64,000 bases of DNA from Asterias rubens (GCF_902459465.1 NC_047080.1:12276001-12340000), one strand, 5' to 3'; counted from the first letter of the stretch, positions 47,862-61,700 are shown. The notes: generated by a model not told the origin, from the letters alone. Translations and numbers: made by a program.

Positions 47862-48773
47862 GCTGTAGTCTCGGTACAAAACTTTCTTGTTGAGTTGGTC
47901 AACCTCTACGCTGTAGTCTTGGTACAAGACTGTCTTGTTGAGTTGGTCAACCTCTACGCTGTAGTCTTGGTACAAGACTTTCTTGTTGAGTTGGTCAACC
48001 TCTACGCTGTAGTCTCGGTACAAGACTTTCTTGTTGAGTTGGTCAACCTCTACGCTGTAGTCTTGGTACAAGACTTTCTTGTTGAGTTGGTCAACCTCTA
48101 CGCTGTAGTCTTGGTACAAGACTTTCTTGTTGAGTTGGTCAACCTCTACGCTGTAGTCTCGGTACAAGACTTTCTTGTTGAGTTGGTCAACCTCTACGCT
48201 GTAGTCTTGGTACAAGACTTTCTTGTTGAGTTGGTCAACCTCTACGCTGTAGTCTTGGTACAAGACTTTCTTGTTGAGTTGGTCAACCTCTACGCTGTAG
48301 TCTTGGTACAAGACTTTCTTGTTGAGTTGGTCAACCTCTACGCTGTAGTCTCGGTACAAGACTTTCTTGTTGAGTTGGTCAACCTCTACGCTGTAGTCTT
48401 GGTACAAGACTTTCTTGTTGAGTTGGTCAACCTCTACGCTGTAGTCTCGGTACAAGACTTTCTTGTTGAGTTGGTCAACCTCTACGCTGTAGTCTCGGTA
48501 CAAGACTTTCTTGTTGAGTTGGCCAACCTCTACGCTGTAGTCTTGGTACAAGACTTTCTTGTTGAGTTGGTCAACCTCTACGCTGTAGTCTTGGTACAAG
48601 ACTTTCTTGTTGAGTTGGTCAACCTCTACGCTGTAGTCTCGGTACAAGACTTTCTTGTTGAGTTGGTCAACCTCTACGCTGTAGTCTTGGTACAAGACTT
48701 TCTTGTTGAGTTGGTCAACCTCTACGCTGTAGTCTTGGTACAAGACTTTCTTGTTGAGTTGGTCAACCTCTAC
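47862..48773. repeat. Minisatellite, 19 x 48 bp, nearly homogeneous
   Basis: Unit gctgtagtct(t/c)ggtacaagactttcttgttgagttggtcaacctctac; 912 bp = 19 units with no spacers. It explains the repetitive ORFs at 47829-48887 (-) and 47895-48986 (+). Confidence 0.98.
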
Positions 48774-50918
48774 CTGTCTAAGGTTGGTAGTACAGTACCA
48801 AAGGCCCCATTCACTCAACGCTACAAATGTTGCGACTATTTCACCAATAGAGGACGTTTCCCGCCATCTTGGGGTGGAGTTTTCCAACAGCGCCTGCTAT
48901 GTCCGATAGTAATGAGCGCAGCTAGGAGAAGTGGAGCGGGGATCTGTGGGTTCTGTGGAAAGCAGAGTCATGAAACTGGGCCCTAACTGCAGGGGTAGGA
49001 ATTTTGTAGAACCCGCATTAGGAGGGTTGTAAATGAAGGGGAATTACTCGCACAAACCAATTGCACTGTCCCTTTAAAATGAAAAGCTTGATAGAATGGT
49101 TGACATTCATTCCGCATGAGCTCAGATTGTCTCCAACACTAGGATAGTACAAACACATGTGTGCAGAGTAGACCATAACAAACACCTTACAATATATTAT
49201 GACAAGTCTGGCACGACAAGTCTGGCAAACCAAGCGGCACGCTATAACCGCTTTGACATCTGCTGCCTGACGGGATATTGGCAATTTTCTCCTCGTTGCA
49301 GCTCCTTCAAAAAATATTATCAATGTTCAACTCATAACTCTACTTGGTGAGTCCAACACCCTCACACCATCTGTTCCATGCTTCCCACTCTACAGTCCTG
49401 CTTTTCTTTAATTCTATCCTACATACATGTACATCGCATACAATTCATAGTCTTTAATCGGACAGTAGACACAGTATATGGGCGCATTGATTAACTCAAC
49501 CAGAGTTTTGGAATTCTAACTAATATAATGGATTGTATTTGAACAGTCCCTTTTATCTGCAATGATAATCTACAAAGCTGTCATGAAGTTGACAGTTGCT
49601 AGGGTTCTTGGTGGTCTTGTTAGGGATGGCTTATTCAGACTAAAATCAAGTCAATCTACAAAATTGTAGATAATCAAAATATTACATATGGAAGGAATTC
49701 GTTCAGCAATTTTGAGTAGCAAAAATAATTTTGTGCACACTGAATGACTACTAATAAATTTATTTTGTGTATTAAACACCACCATGAAGAAAGATGATTA
49801 CACAGAGTCAAAACAATGTAGGAATTACTACAAAGCGAACCAACGACTGGAGAAAGAACACCTATTTTCTGTCTTTGTGAATAAACTAATAGTAAAAACT
49901 AAATGAGTGACTAGAGCAGGACTTTCTACAAGCTTTGCTTCAGTCACTACTACAAACAATTTACCTGGACCCTTGTGCACTATTGTAAATAGATCAGCCC
50001 AAAATGACTCTATTTAGACTGGTGGTGGACCTTTCATTCACACTTTATAACTGCCACAATGACCTTCAGAAAGCAGTGGGTTTGAATGAAGTAATTGGTT
50101 CTTTGACAATTTGATCTCAAGCTGAGAGAACTTGTCAAGGTTGAGGGTTGCTGTGTGGCTGTGCCTGACAACACTGTCATAAACTTGTCTGAGTCTGTCA
50201 AGTGTTTTGCATGCCGTATGGATCAACAACCATCATAAAGGACCCAAACATTTACCTTTTTTAAACTGCTCCAATGGAGCCATGAAAAGTCATTCCAGCT
50301 GAGTTATTTTTCAAAACACCACGTAAATCTCAACAATTTGAATTCTTCCTATTCTCCCACACTTAGTCCCAACAAAAGTAAAACTGGCATTTTAGGACCA
50401 GTTCAAGCCTATTTAATATCAAGTTCTTGTAAGAACTTTATAAGCTTCAACATTTTCGGAATGGGAATCATTCCATAAGGCCTACATGTACCTCAGCAGC
50501 TTCAGAATAATTTCCAAGAAGAAATACATTGTTAATTTCCAAACCTCAAACCCTTACAACATGTCCTTGTCTAAACCACATATCTGGTTATTAAAACCAC
50601 AACCCCGCTTTGGGCTGTGGAATAGTTTATCTCACTGCCATGGCAACCAGATTCCATAGACAATCTTTTTATGACCCCACGCATGAGTTGGTTTGCATGC
50701 TGGCACTCACGTATACACATGTGTAGGCCTACATAACTTCCACAACTAATCTTTCACTACATTTACACTGTATGAATCACACATATTTTTGTCCGGTAAC
50801 CTGGGGCCAACTTCATGGCTCTACTAATAACTAGACTGTACGGTCCAATTCTGCGCATGCAATAAGTCACCATACTTTGCTTATAACACTACAGGACAAG
50901 CGCAGAAATACATAGCGC

Positions 50919-50975
50919 AACTCCTTTTTGGCGGAACTCCTTTTTGGCGGAACTCCTTTTTGGTACAACTCCTTT
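50919..50975. repeat. About 3.5 x 16 bp tandem repeat (aactcctttttggcgg)
   Basis: Direct repeats at 50919, 50935, 50951 and a partial fourth copy. Confidence 0.85.
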
Positions 50976-51849
50976 GTACCATCTTATTATATAGGTTTAT
51001 TTTGAAATGACATTTAAGAAGAAATCTTTGAGCTTACATTCTTTCCATCTGATACACACAATAAAATGCACTGAACTAAAGCCACTTGATATACCAATTT
51101 ATACTGCAATTGTAACTTTGTACAGCACTCACTTTGTTGCATTTCTGACAGATGATGCCATTTCAAAACGAAAACAAAACCTTTCAAACATGTGTACATC
51201 ACGGACAATAAAAATGTAATGTGAAATGCTACTCTGCTGAGGGACAGATCCTGAACATACTTCAATTTTAGATTTAAACAGACAACTTATCATTGGCAGA
51301 TTGTTTAAAATGCAATAATACCTTCTAAAAAAAACTTGCAACTTTCTCAAATCTATGAAAAAACAACTATTTCAAATTCAATTAAAGACTTAGAGATCAA
51401 TTGCCCCAAATTTGAGCTCCATACAATTTTGGTTTGATCATTATCTTCAAAGATGTCCTGTGTTACAATATCCTTGAAGCATCAATGGACAATATTTGCC
51501 AATGAATGAATGGAGACCCCACAGTGAGAAAGCTTAGTACACTTGAGTAGTTATTAATAATGACTAGTAGAGCGTTTGGTCAATCAAACCTAAATCTCAC
51601 TGCACTCAGCTGGTGAATGGCCCTTTTTGTTGCACCCAACCAGATTCCATTTTGAATGCAGACTGTATTAGCCAATTATGCAAAACAGGTCATGTCCAAA
51701 ACAGAAATCTTGTTGCTCTCCAAGTTTGGGTTTATTTCTTCCCTGCTACTTTAGAAGTGAATTTGTTTTCATCATTTAAAGCTCATTTGTAACTTTGCAT
51801 GTCAGTTAAATCTTGCTTGGTAACTTTTATGAAATACGTAGGCTTTACG

Positions 51850-51930
51850 TAGCCTGTTGTCATTACTTGTAGAATACTGTTATCACTACATAGCCTGTTG
51901 TCATTACTTGTAGAATACTGTTATCACTAC
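51850..51930. repeat. 41-bp tandem duplication
   Basis: tagcctgttgtcattacttgtagaatactgttatcactac occurs at 51850 and 51891. Confidence 0.9.
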
Positions 51931-53422
51931 GATAATTACTACAATTATTTAATGTAGGACTAGACCATCTTCTTCACAACTAGGCTTACATTCTTTGTAA
52001 ATGTACCATATGTAATGTAGGCAATTCGCTTTGAAAATACAATCTATGAAATCTAAGGCATTTTTTTTTTAATGTATGACCAGAGCCCGATTTCAAGAAT
52101 GGCTTTAAGACAAATTTCTGCTAGGTGCAGAATGAGCAGGATTAGGCACAAATTTTACACGAAATGGAAGTTTGGTTGGTTACATTACTCTGGTAAGCAT
52201 CATTTTGTTGGGCTTAAAAAAGGAGCTGTATGAAATTGTGCCCAGACTTGATCTGCTTCATGGAGGCAACAAATGCAATAAACTATTGCTCTTGGTCATT
52301 TCCCCTTAACATTTTTCGAACAGAAATGTGCAATCTAATCGATGTTAAATTTGCATCAGGGATAAAGAACATTCATTTTGGCTTTTTATCCACACTGACG
52401 GGTGTTAGCACTGTATACTTGGTTACTTTCCCCGAGTTCTGTGGACAAAAAGTACAATTTCCTCAAAAAGTGTCAGAGAAAATGCAGATGTGCCCTTGCC
52501 CAGTTATCAAAGCACCGGAGCCTGTACTTACATTACATGTAGCTCACCTTGTTGGGCTGTTATGGCTATCTTTTAACATTGGTTCTCATGATAAGACTAA
52601 GACTAAGAGAGCCAACAGCCTATTAAATAAGGTGGGTTAGTCCTTTACTGTACACCAAACTACTCAAGGTTCCTTGCTGCTTGCTCTATGGTTCAAGGAT
52701 CTTTCTATTTTGTGGTCATTTAAAAAAATTGTGTGGTAAATATGTGTAAATTTATACCTCCATGACTTAATCAACCCTATTTATATTTAACTCATTAAAT
52801 CTTTTATAGCACAAATGAAAACGCAGAGTTAATCATCTTTGATTAATAGTAGGCAAGTCTATTGACTTATTGACCAATCTAAACATAAACACAGCATGTC
52901 CTGAGTGAGTATTCTTACAACATCATTAGTGGGTTACGTAACAAAACAAAAGACTGGGTAACTGGGTGTATTGCACCAGTGATACAGCAATTTGGTTTTA
53001 CCATTAATTCGTACCGTTGTGGTCTAGTTAGTTGGATCTGCTCTAGAGTGGCAGAGGTTGGGGTTCAAATAAAAACCAATTATTTCCCCCACTGAAACCC
53101 CTCCACCCCCCTGTTGTCACATTGCACATTGTGGAGAGCATGTTAAACAAAAACGATTTTGTGCAAGCTTGATTGGTGTAATTTTCTATTTTCAAAATCG
53201 AGTGATTGACAGCTCAAACATTTTTCATGAAGTTACACTGAACCAAAAAGAACTTGCAAAGTTCTCTCCTCAACTGTGCAATGGTAAGTGAAAACTGGGC
53301 GGAAAAATCTCAGAACTAAAAATGCGTAATTGTATTTAAAAAAATAAAAAATAAATGCCTGATGCTATATTGGCATCAGGGCAGCGAAGCGGAGAGAAAC
53401 CAGCGTATTGACACTATTCATG

Positions 53423-53535
53423 TGACTTGGGTACAAAGTGACTTGGGTATGATATTTTGGGTACGAAGTGACTTGGGTACCAAGTGTCTTGGGTACAAAG
53501 TGACTTGGGTACGAAGTGTCTTGGACACGAAGTGA
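53423..53535. repeat. About 7 x 16 bp tandem repeat (gtgacttgggtacaaa-like)
   Basis: Imperfect direct repeats read from the sequence. Confidence 0.9.
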
Positions 53536-54208
53536 TGTCATACATCGACCCAAAAAGTCTTATTATTATTACACAACTTGTCCCAAATCCTTATCCTGGC
53601 TCTGGTGAAATACTGCACAATCTCCACATATCGGGATATGACACGTGCAGGTGACTGAGCAGTATTGTTCCTAAAGCACCACTGACTAACGATAGCAGAG
53701 CCTTGAAATCGGGCCCCGCCCATGGTGTGATGTGAAGGATTCAAAAGAACTTGGAGCAGTAGGTAGGTACACAATGTAGGTCCAAATAACAATGACAGGG
53801 ATCGTGGGTTGTAGTACACTCCTTGAGAGCTACATGGTTTGCGTGGTGATAGTCAAACAAACGTTATAGTTCTAGTTTTCTACGAGTACTATAGGCTACA
53901 TGTAGGTAGTCAATGGAGAGATTGATGTACTGGGCTGGGCCCAATTTCATACTCCACTTTGACCACTTACTAATTCTGAGCTTTAAAAGATCACTCTTCG
54001 CTTGCATGGCAAGCGCCGAGTTTCTGCTCTAGCCGAAATTCACCGCTAAATTTGTAAAATACGCTTCCTGTTAATAGCAATTGCCTGATTCTGTAAAGCA
54101 CTAATTTACAGAAGCAGAACCATGAAATTGGGCCTGGCCCTTGGTGTGATGTGACTATACGATTAGATTAGAGTTAGACAATGTATGTGACATACGTGTG
54201 TACAGTAT

Positions 54209-54360
54209 ATAGTATAGACCCAGTAACTGTACTCCTTTTTTCAAAATTTTGCCATAATATCGGTAAAAAAGGAATACAGCGGCCCAGTTTACCGATCCGA
54301 TAATGATAACATTTTGAAAAAAGGAGTACAGTGCCCCGCCCCAGTTACTGGGTCTACTAT
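54209..54360. mobile_element. MITE-like foldback
   Basis: tagacccagtaactg / cagttactgggtcta, plus inner inverted pair gtactccttttttcaaaat / attttgaaaaaaggagtac. Confidence 0.75.
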
Positions 54361-55790
54361 AGTTGCGATAACTTAAGTTCTTAACCCTCCTGCCGACTGC
54401 GTAGCATGCAGGAGGGTTACGTTATCACAACTAGGTCTACTAACTACAGTTTGTTCAGTAAAGTGCCTACAACAATCCGTACACAGCACAATCACATTCA
54501 CACAAAAATAGCCCCGCTTTTGTGCCCAACTCTGAAATTTGCCACAAAAGTGGGGCTAGCCTTTGTCATCACCATCATGGTCATTCTCTATTTCACAACC
54601 AGCATGACCAGTGAACAAGCCTCTACTATATTTGTTGGTATCGTTTGTTTTCCTCTCTCCAATGCAATTATGTTGTCAGTCGTGTTCTATTCCAAGTTGG
54701 TAAACGATTAACTTGCCTACAAAAATAATCCGTGGGCCTAGCGACATCTCAAACTAGACTAAGGTCATGAAGGTACTACATGTACGTAGTTGCGATAACG
54801 AACGTTACCCTCCTCCCGCCGTCTGGGAGGAGGGTAACGTTAATAATTATTAATAATATAGTAAGGTTCATGAATTTCATGTTTTCCTTGTTTTATACAA
54901 ACAATACAACCAGGTAAACATACCTTCTATATCCGAGAGACTATTTACGTCCTCACCACAGTCTTGGGATGTAACTTGAAGTAGTTCATGCATCCATGTT
55001 TACAGTTTGTAATGTTTGTAGCAACTTCCATTTCATTCTAAACTTCGAACACCTCGCTCTGGTGGTGTGTAGACAACAAAACACATTTTTTTTAAAGTAA
55101 AGGATTTTACGCCCTCTGTTGTTCAAAATGAACGCGTGAATAACGCTGCACCTGCTGCTAGCTACATGATTATTCATGATTAGGCTGATAATGCAAAAAC
55201 AAACAAGGTTTGATTGGATTAGAGTTACGAGAGAAAGTGACAGTGGTAGTCGGTGGTAGTATATTATTCCTAATTCTGCTGAGACAAATTTCACATATTA
55301 TTTTTAAGTTTACTGGTTTTCTGCATTTTTTTGTAGTCTACTCTAACTCTAAACGTTTTCGTTTTGATGCTTTAATCCACTCTCAATTAAGTCTATCCAA
55401 TCAAAATCCGTATGTAAACACAGTCTGTTGCATATTGAAAGTAGTCTAGTGAACGTCCTATCTCCCTATGTGAGTCTATAATGTTTACACTCGTTATCAG
55501 ACTATTTTGTTTGAATATTCATGAGGTACCTGTTTACAAAGCATTACGTTCACCGTCATTGCACCTGTTGTGCGAGCGTGAGTAAATTCTTAAGAAATAA
55601 TAATGTGATAAATGGCTGCCTGGCTGCCGTAGCCAACGACGCGACGCCATCGTTTCTCAACACGAAGTTCAAGGAAAACAAGGATTTTCTTATCAGAAAT
55701 GGACTCCACATGAATCCAGGATATACTAGTACCTTGATGGATTATGGATCGATAGATGGTGAAACTGGTTGGATTGTATAAATCGTCAAA

Positions 55791-58700
55791 ATGTCTCTAC
55801 ATCGGTCCGTTGTTAGCGAGCCAGCCCACCGTCCACGGTCGCGCTCAGCACACAGTACAGGTGGCGGTGGTGGTGATCTGATGTCCGGGGGATCGCGAAC
55901 AATGTCAGCCAATGTTCGCCGTCTCCACGAAGCTCTAAGTACAACTCTCCCAGACCACGATCGGGCTTACTTCGTACATGCCTTAAATGAGTACAACTCC
56001 CGAAGGAACGTTTATACATTAGTGGCTAATTTGAAGTCACTCTTAGACACGCCTGAGAAGAAAGTTTTGTACCTACTCCTTGGGAAGGTTATCCCTGCAC
56101 CTGACCAACCCCTGTTCTGGCAACATGCTGAGCCTTTTTACAATCAGAGGGAACGATCAGGCAGCATTGGGAGAACGAAAACAGTTGCAAGTGTACAGAA
56201 ACATCATTTTGATACAATGCCCTCGAGGACAAAGCCATCAGAATTATACCAGAATGATGAACCTCATGGTAAAACACATAGAAAAACTGCAGGGAGCAAC
56301 TGGGAGGCGGATGCAAATAAAGATGTCCGAAGGATCGTTCTTAAGAAGTCCGATACCCCAGATGGAGAACTGGGGTTCAGCATCCGTGGGGGTTCCGAAC
56401 ACTCTGTGGGAATTTTTGTGTCGATGGTTGAGCAGAACACCATGGCCGAGAAAAAGGGACTGCAACCTGGAGATCAAATTATTCAAGTAAATGAGATCCC
56501 ATTGGAAAAGATAACGCATGGAGAAGCTGTCAAGGTGAGATGGATACTAGTGGATGCAGTTGTCATGGAAACCGGAGCCATTTCTAAAGGAGATGGTTTG
56601 GAGAATGTTGTGTATTGTCATGTTTTAATTATCCCAATGGTTCATTATCAACTAAAATGTGATTTATCAGAAAACCACGGTTTGAGACCAAAGGGTTTAG
56701 ATCATCACAAAAAATCTGGCGAAAGGCGCTTCTCGACTTCCATTTTTATATTACCAGGTCAAAATATATCCTCACCCATCTCCGAGAGATTTACAGAATG
56801 TAAACATACAGGCCGTTACAGAGAGGAATGGGGTATGGTACTTTGAACCGTACATAGTGTCAAAGTCATGAGAACAAAATTAGCCATTTTGAAATCTATA
56901 TTAATTTGACAATCCCTAAAAATGTCATTTTAGTTCCTTCGGGCATTTGTGCACGCTGGGTGTTTTTTCCTTGTTTAGCGGACAATAATTATAGTTTTAG
57001 CTATCAATTCCTTCAGAGTAGTATTTTAAGAGGTAAAATAAAGCACAACTAAATAGTTGAATATAAAACAACAAATAACCTATTGTAAGTTTAGAAATCA
57101 ACAATCACAAATCCGATCCCAAACATTGCAGAAACAAGCAGCTTACTTGTAAGGACGTTATAATGCGGGCTCTTTTACCGTTGTGAACGTGTATCAAGGA
57201 ACAATGCACAAAGGGATGAAGTCATTATAATATTTGTTGTTTAAGTGGCAGCCTGACCATGAACAAAGTTCTGCTTCTCCTGACCTGTTAAATTTTTTAA
57301 AAGGTCAACACAAACTTATTCAAGGGTGCATTGCACTTAGCTGTCTTTTTGTCAGAATTTAACAATAATTTAACAATAAGTTGACAAAAATTTGCTTCAA
57401 AATCCTAAGCGCAGCCAAATTGCAAAAGTATTTTTATGCTACACAAAAATGAATTTGAGAACATAGGATTATGGGATTTTAACTCACAACCCTTTGCATT
57501 TTTTTGCAACAGTTAAGGGTTCGAATCCCACCCGAGTTGTCTGTGGATTTGTTTTGACTGAGCCCAGGAAAGTACTGAGTATACAATTCTTTTAAATACA
57601 CATTGGTAAAGGGTAAAAACCAATTTTTATTCATCTCCGATTCAAAAATTACCCTATGCCACATGGTTCATATGACAAATTCAAGGGGTGATTACTCTAA
57701 CTTTTAACTCTCGATCCCAACAATTTTGACCTCCGTTCCCATCCTTACTAGTTCCCCTGGCCACTCCACAACAATAAGTGTTTATAGCGTCAATGGCTTG
57801 TAACAAGATCACGCTTCTTTCTTAGGCCTACTGTGCTATTATTTAATTAGTAGCCTAGTGACAAACATAACTGTGCATGGTCCTGTGCCTTTTGTTATTC
57901 AAATATATCCTGCTGCGTCTTGTAAACACTCAGTGCACACGTATAATTAATTGATTTCGTAATCAATTCGTCCCTTAAGTGGTTTGGACAATTCAGTAGG
58001 CACGGGGTAATTGTGCGTTGTATCTGACTGATTGAAAATGAATGAGTGATGACAAAAGTCCACAGGTAAAAATATTAAAACGTCTCAAATACACTTCTAT
58101 GGAAATGAATTTATGTAATAATATTATTACATACAATCAAATGGTAATTGACAAAGATATTCTTGCCCTTGTAATAATGATACACTTATGTGAAAGTATG
58201 AAATATTCTTGCCTTTGCCAACCACCATCAAAAATAGGTTTGAGTAAACAAAAATGGCATGCTTGAATGAAAATTAGGTGCAATGAAAAATATATTATTA
58301 ATTTTGAAAAATTCCACAATATTTTTTAACCAGCATTTTGGAGAGCTTTCAAATTGACATGATTGTACATTATGATTAGTGTAAACCTAGACAAGACAAT
58401 TTTAAATTTGTTGCCCCATGGGAGTCTGCCACAAGAACCGTTTCTAAAAACTGTTTTTTTTTAATATTATTTATAATTCTGCCATTGGCTTTTAAGATTG
58501 ATGACCTCACAGATTGATGATCACCGTCTTAAAGTGTCCATTAGATATATTCATACAAACGATTCATTCATAGAACAAAATTAATGAAAAAAGTAAAAAT
58601 TTGTAGAAAACTTACACAAACAACCTGCTAAATTGTATGTTATTTTTTGTAATCAACAATACTGCAATCTGTTAGTTGTGAAATAAAAACAACTTACTCT

Positions 58701-61700
58701 TTATTAAATTTTAATGACGTAAATTGAATATAAACCCTACTCAATCGACAATGCGTCATAGAAGTAAAAAAAATAATAATAATTATGCAAACTTTGAAAT
58801 AAAACGAGGCCAGTTTATTTACCAATCTAATCCTCTTCACCAGTATGTATGTCATCCAAGGTTGGGAAATGCAATGTTTTCTTTTTTGATTCAGTATTAC
58901 AAAGTGTTTTTAGTGAGGAGTTCCATCGATTAGTGACGGTGAAAGTCCTGTAGGCATATGCCGTTTGATTATTGATTGGTCACAGGTTGCATCACAGTGC
59001 TGTTCTTTTGTTGTGCTAAACAAACGTTAGGAGTCTCTGGGTGGTGGGATGTGAGCCTCTTGAATGTTTTAAAACGTTGAGGGTATACTTGTACATGATT
59101 AACCTTGTCTACATTTGGGGATTGATTTTGGGGTTTTAACTTTCTAAATCCATGGAGTAATTGGAGAGAGAATTGTTTGCCTTGAATTGTATCCAGTGTT
59201 AAACAAAAACAAAAATAATTTTAAAGGCATGGTCACTATTGGTCAAAAATCAAAATAATGTTTGTGGCTTTGACATATTATTTGAAGCAATTTAGATTCA
59301 TTCATTGCATACTAATTAACTTGACATTCTCTGAAGGTGATCAAAATTCTATTCCAAGAGCTGAACTTATTTTTTAATAACGTCAAATCGATCACTGAAA
59401 AACCTCAATGACAAATTACACACTGGAAACCTTCATTCCTCCCCCTGTGTATCTAATTGTAATTTCTCAGTTATTTTGAATCAAGAGTCAAAAGCTGGAC
59501 TCGCCAATACAGACAATTATTTGTAGAGCACCACATGCCTGATGCTTCACAAGGCGATTGCCTCCGTGCCCCCTGGTCATTGCCTTGGTGTCCTTGAAAT
59601 GCTCCAGTAGAAGTTTACAGTTTCCTCATAGGGTGCCCTTTACCAAGGAGAAAATGCCCTGGTGCCCTTTCCCTTTCAAAAAGGAAGCATCAAGGCCTGG
59701 CATGCAACATCACTATAGGACTACCTGTGAGCCACAGGTTTGATTCCCATTCTTGTAAATGTTTTGTTGTTCCCCTAAACATAGACAAAATATTACACAA
59801 AATTACAATCTGTCCCCATTCCTGCTATCAGAAATTAGTAAAGCACCTGCACTTAAACCTAGGGGTCACATGTTCAAATTTGTCTTTGTTCACCTCAACA
59901 TAGACAAATATTTATTAAACATTTTTGGGTTGAAAAACATTTTGCATGTTTTGCGTTTTACCACACACCGATTTATTATAAGCATTTTACACTCAGTTGG
60001 ATTCCAACCCGCAACCACTTCATTCTAGAGCAGAGTTTTCTACCACTTAACTTGGTCTACCCATGAAATGAGTAGCTCAAGCTCTTTCTAGAGCTAACAA
60101 TCCTCACAAAACAGATTTACGCGATGGTTGTACTTTGTGAGTTGACTAATTAGAGTTACTGTACTTGTTATTTTTCCATACAATGCAAGTTTTTTTGTAT
60201 TGGGATGATGACTTGAAATGAATGCAGTAATGCATATTATTATCAATGACTTTTTTTATAAACCTTAACCCACAATAGGTCAAGGAAAGGTTATGTAAAT
60301 ATTTCATCAAGAAGATGTAGAATGCCTGGAGACTATTCTAGATGCTTTGTAAGTCAGAGTTACAAGGCGACTTATCAAAAACCTGAAAACCTGACTCCTA
60401 GAATAACAACTCTTTGTTTATCACAAAGAAACCCTGGCGGCTTTTCTTGTTTGTTTTAGTTTAATAACTTCTCATTTGAAGTAAATCCAGTTCAATATTC
60501 GAAAACCATCCCAATGCCTCAAAAGAGTAGCCCAGCGTAATCTTTTTAGCCATGAGCCTGACCCTTTGAACCAGCACTAAAATAGGGTCACTTTTGTTGG
60601 GGGGGGGGGGGCAACAGGGAGTGCTCCATTTTCTGGGGTGCACCTCACGCCAAGTTTCCTTTTCCAGAAGCCCCCCTTTGTTATGCTATTTATTGTTTAC
60701 TTAATATTTTTTTATTATGCTATTTGTGAATGGAAAGACTGTGTAGCTTTAAAATCTTTGAAATTATCACATTAAATCATTTCCCTCTCTGGTTATTTTA
60801 AATGTCAGGATTTCAAAATGGAGGGTGGAGCATTGACATTTGGGAGGGGGGGGGGAGTACCCGCCTGTGTGAACCGTGTGAACTATCAATTATTATATAA
60901 ATTGCTTTATTAACTGAACTGAGTGAAACTTCCCTTTGATGGTAATTTGTTTGCAAATTTTATGAACAACACAATTTTTTTTTTGGACAGTTTTTGACAG
61001 TTGTGAATGGTAGTAAAACATTGAAACAACACAACAACAGTACCAGTAGAGAACAAACGATTCAATATGGACTTAATACCTCACAGAACAGTTGAGTCTA
61101 GGAATCATATGATTTTCACATGCTATTTTGTGATATTCTTTTAATCTACTTGAAGTTATGTGGAATGAATTAGGAATGTTTTCAAAATGTACACTACATA
61201 CATGTACATTGTATCTGTGGCACTAGCTATTGTTGATTGAATGGACCTCTACTGGTTGCCATTAACCCATACTTACTTGCTTACCCCTGCCTACATGTAC
61301 ATTGTATCTGTGGCACTAGCTATTGTTGATTGAATGGACCTCTACTGGTTGCCATTAACCCATACTTACTTGCTTACCCCTACATGTACATGTAGTACTC
61401 TCCAGGGAAAAGCAACCATGTATACAGTGGTGGCGTTACCATGGTGACCCAACGGTAACTCAATGAGTCAAATTTTACTGCAGTTCGATTGGAACCACGC
61501 ACTGCACTCCGTTTTTATCATAACACCATAGTGCATAAATGATAATGCAGCAAAATAAGAAACAAATTTACTTCAAATTTGTGGAATTTTTGAAGATTAT
61601 TGCTGTGGAAATTCACAATTTTTGTTTAAGCAGAAATGGTATCATGAAATCCGCAATGTTTAGCTTTATTTTGGGAGATATTCTCAATCTTAGAAAGGAA

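Noticed and set aside
47862-48773. CRISPR array
   Set aside because: Units are contiguous and near-identical with no unique spacers, no cas genes are present, and the context is eukaryotic.
47829-48986. 352-aa and 363-aa ORFs as protein-coding genes
   Set aside because: Both are by-products of a stop-free 48-bp repeat and begin at non-ATG codons; no domain is recognisable.
53538-53819. 93-aa ORF or retroelement fragment upstream of WHRN
   Set aside because: No recognisable RT, integrase or other motif, and no splice context.
56535-56846. C-terminal 100 aa of the 351-aa ORF as part of whirlin
   Set aside because: It follows a consensus donor (AAG|gtgaga) mid-PDZ1; the domain continues in phase at 62531.
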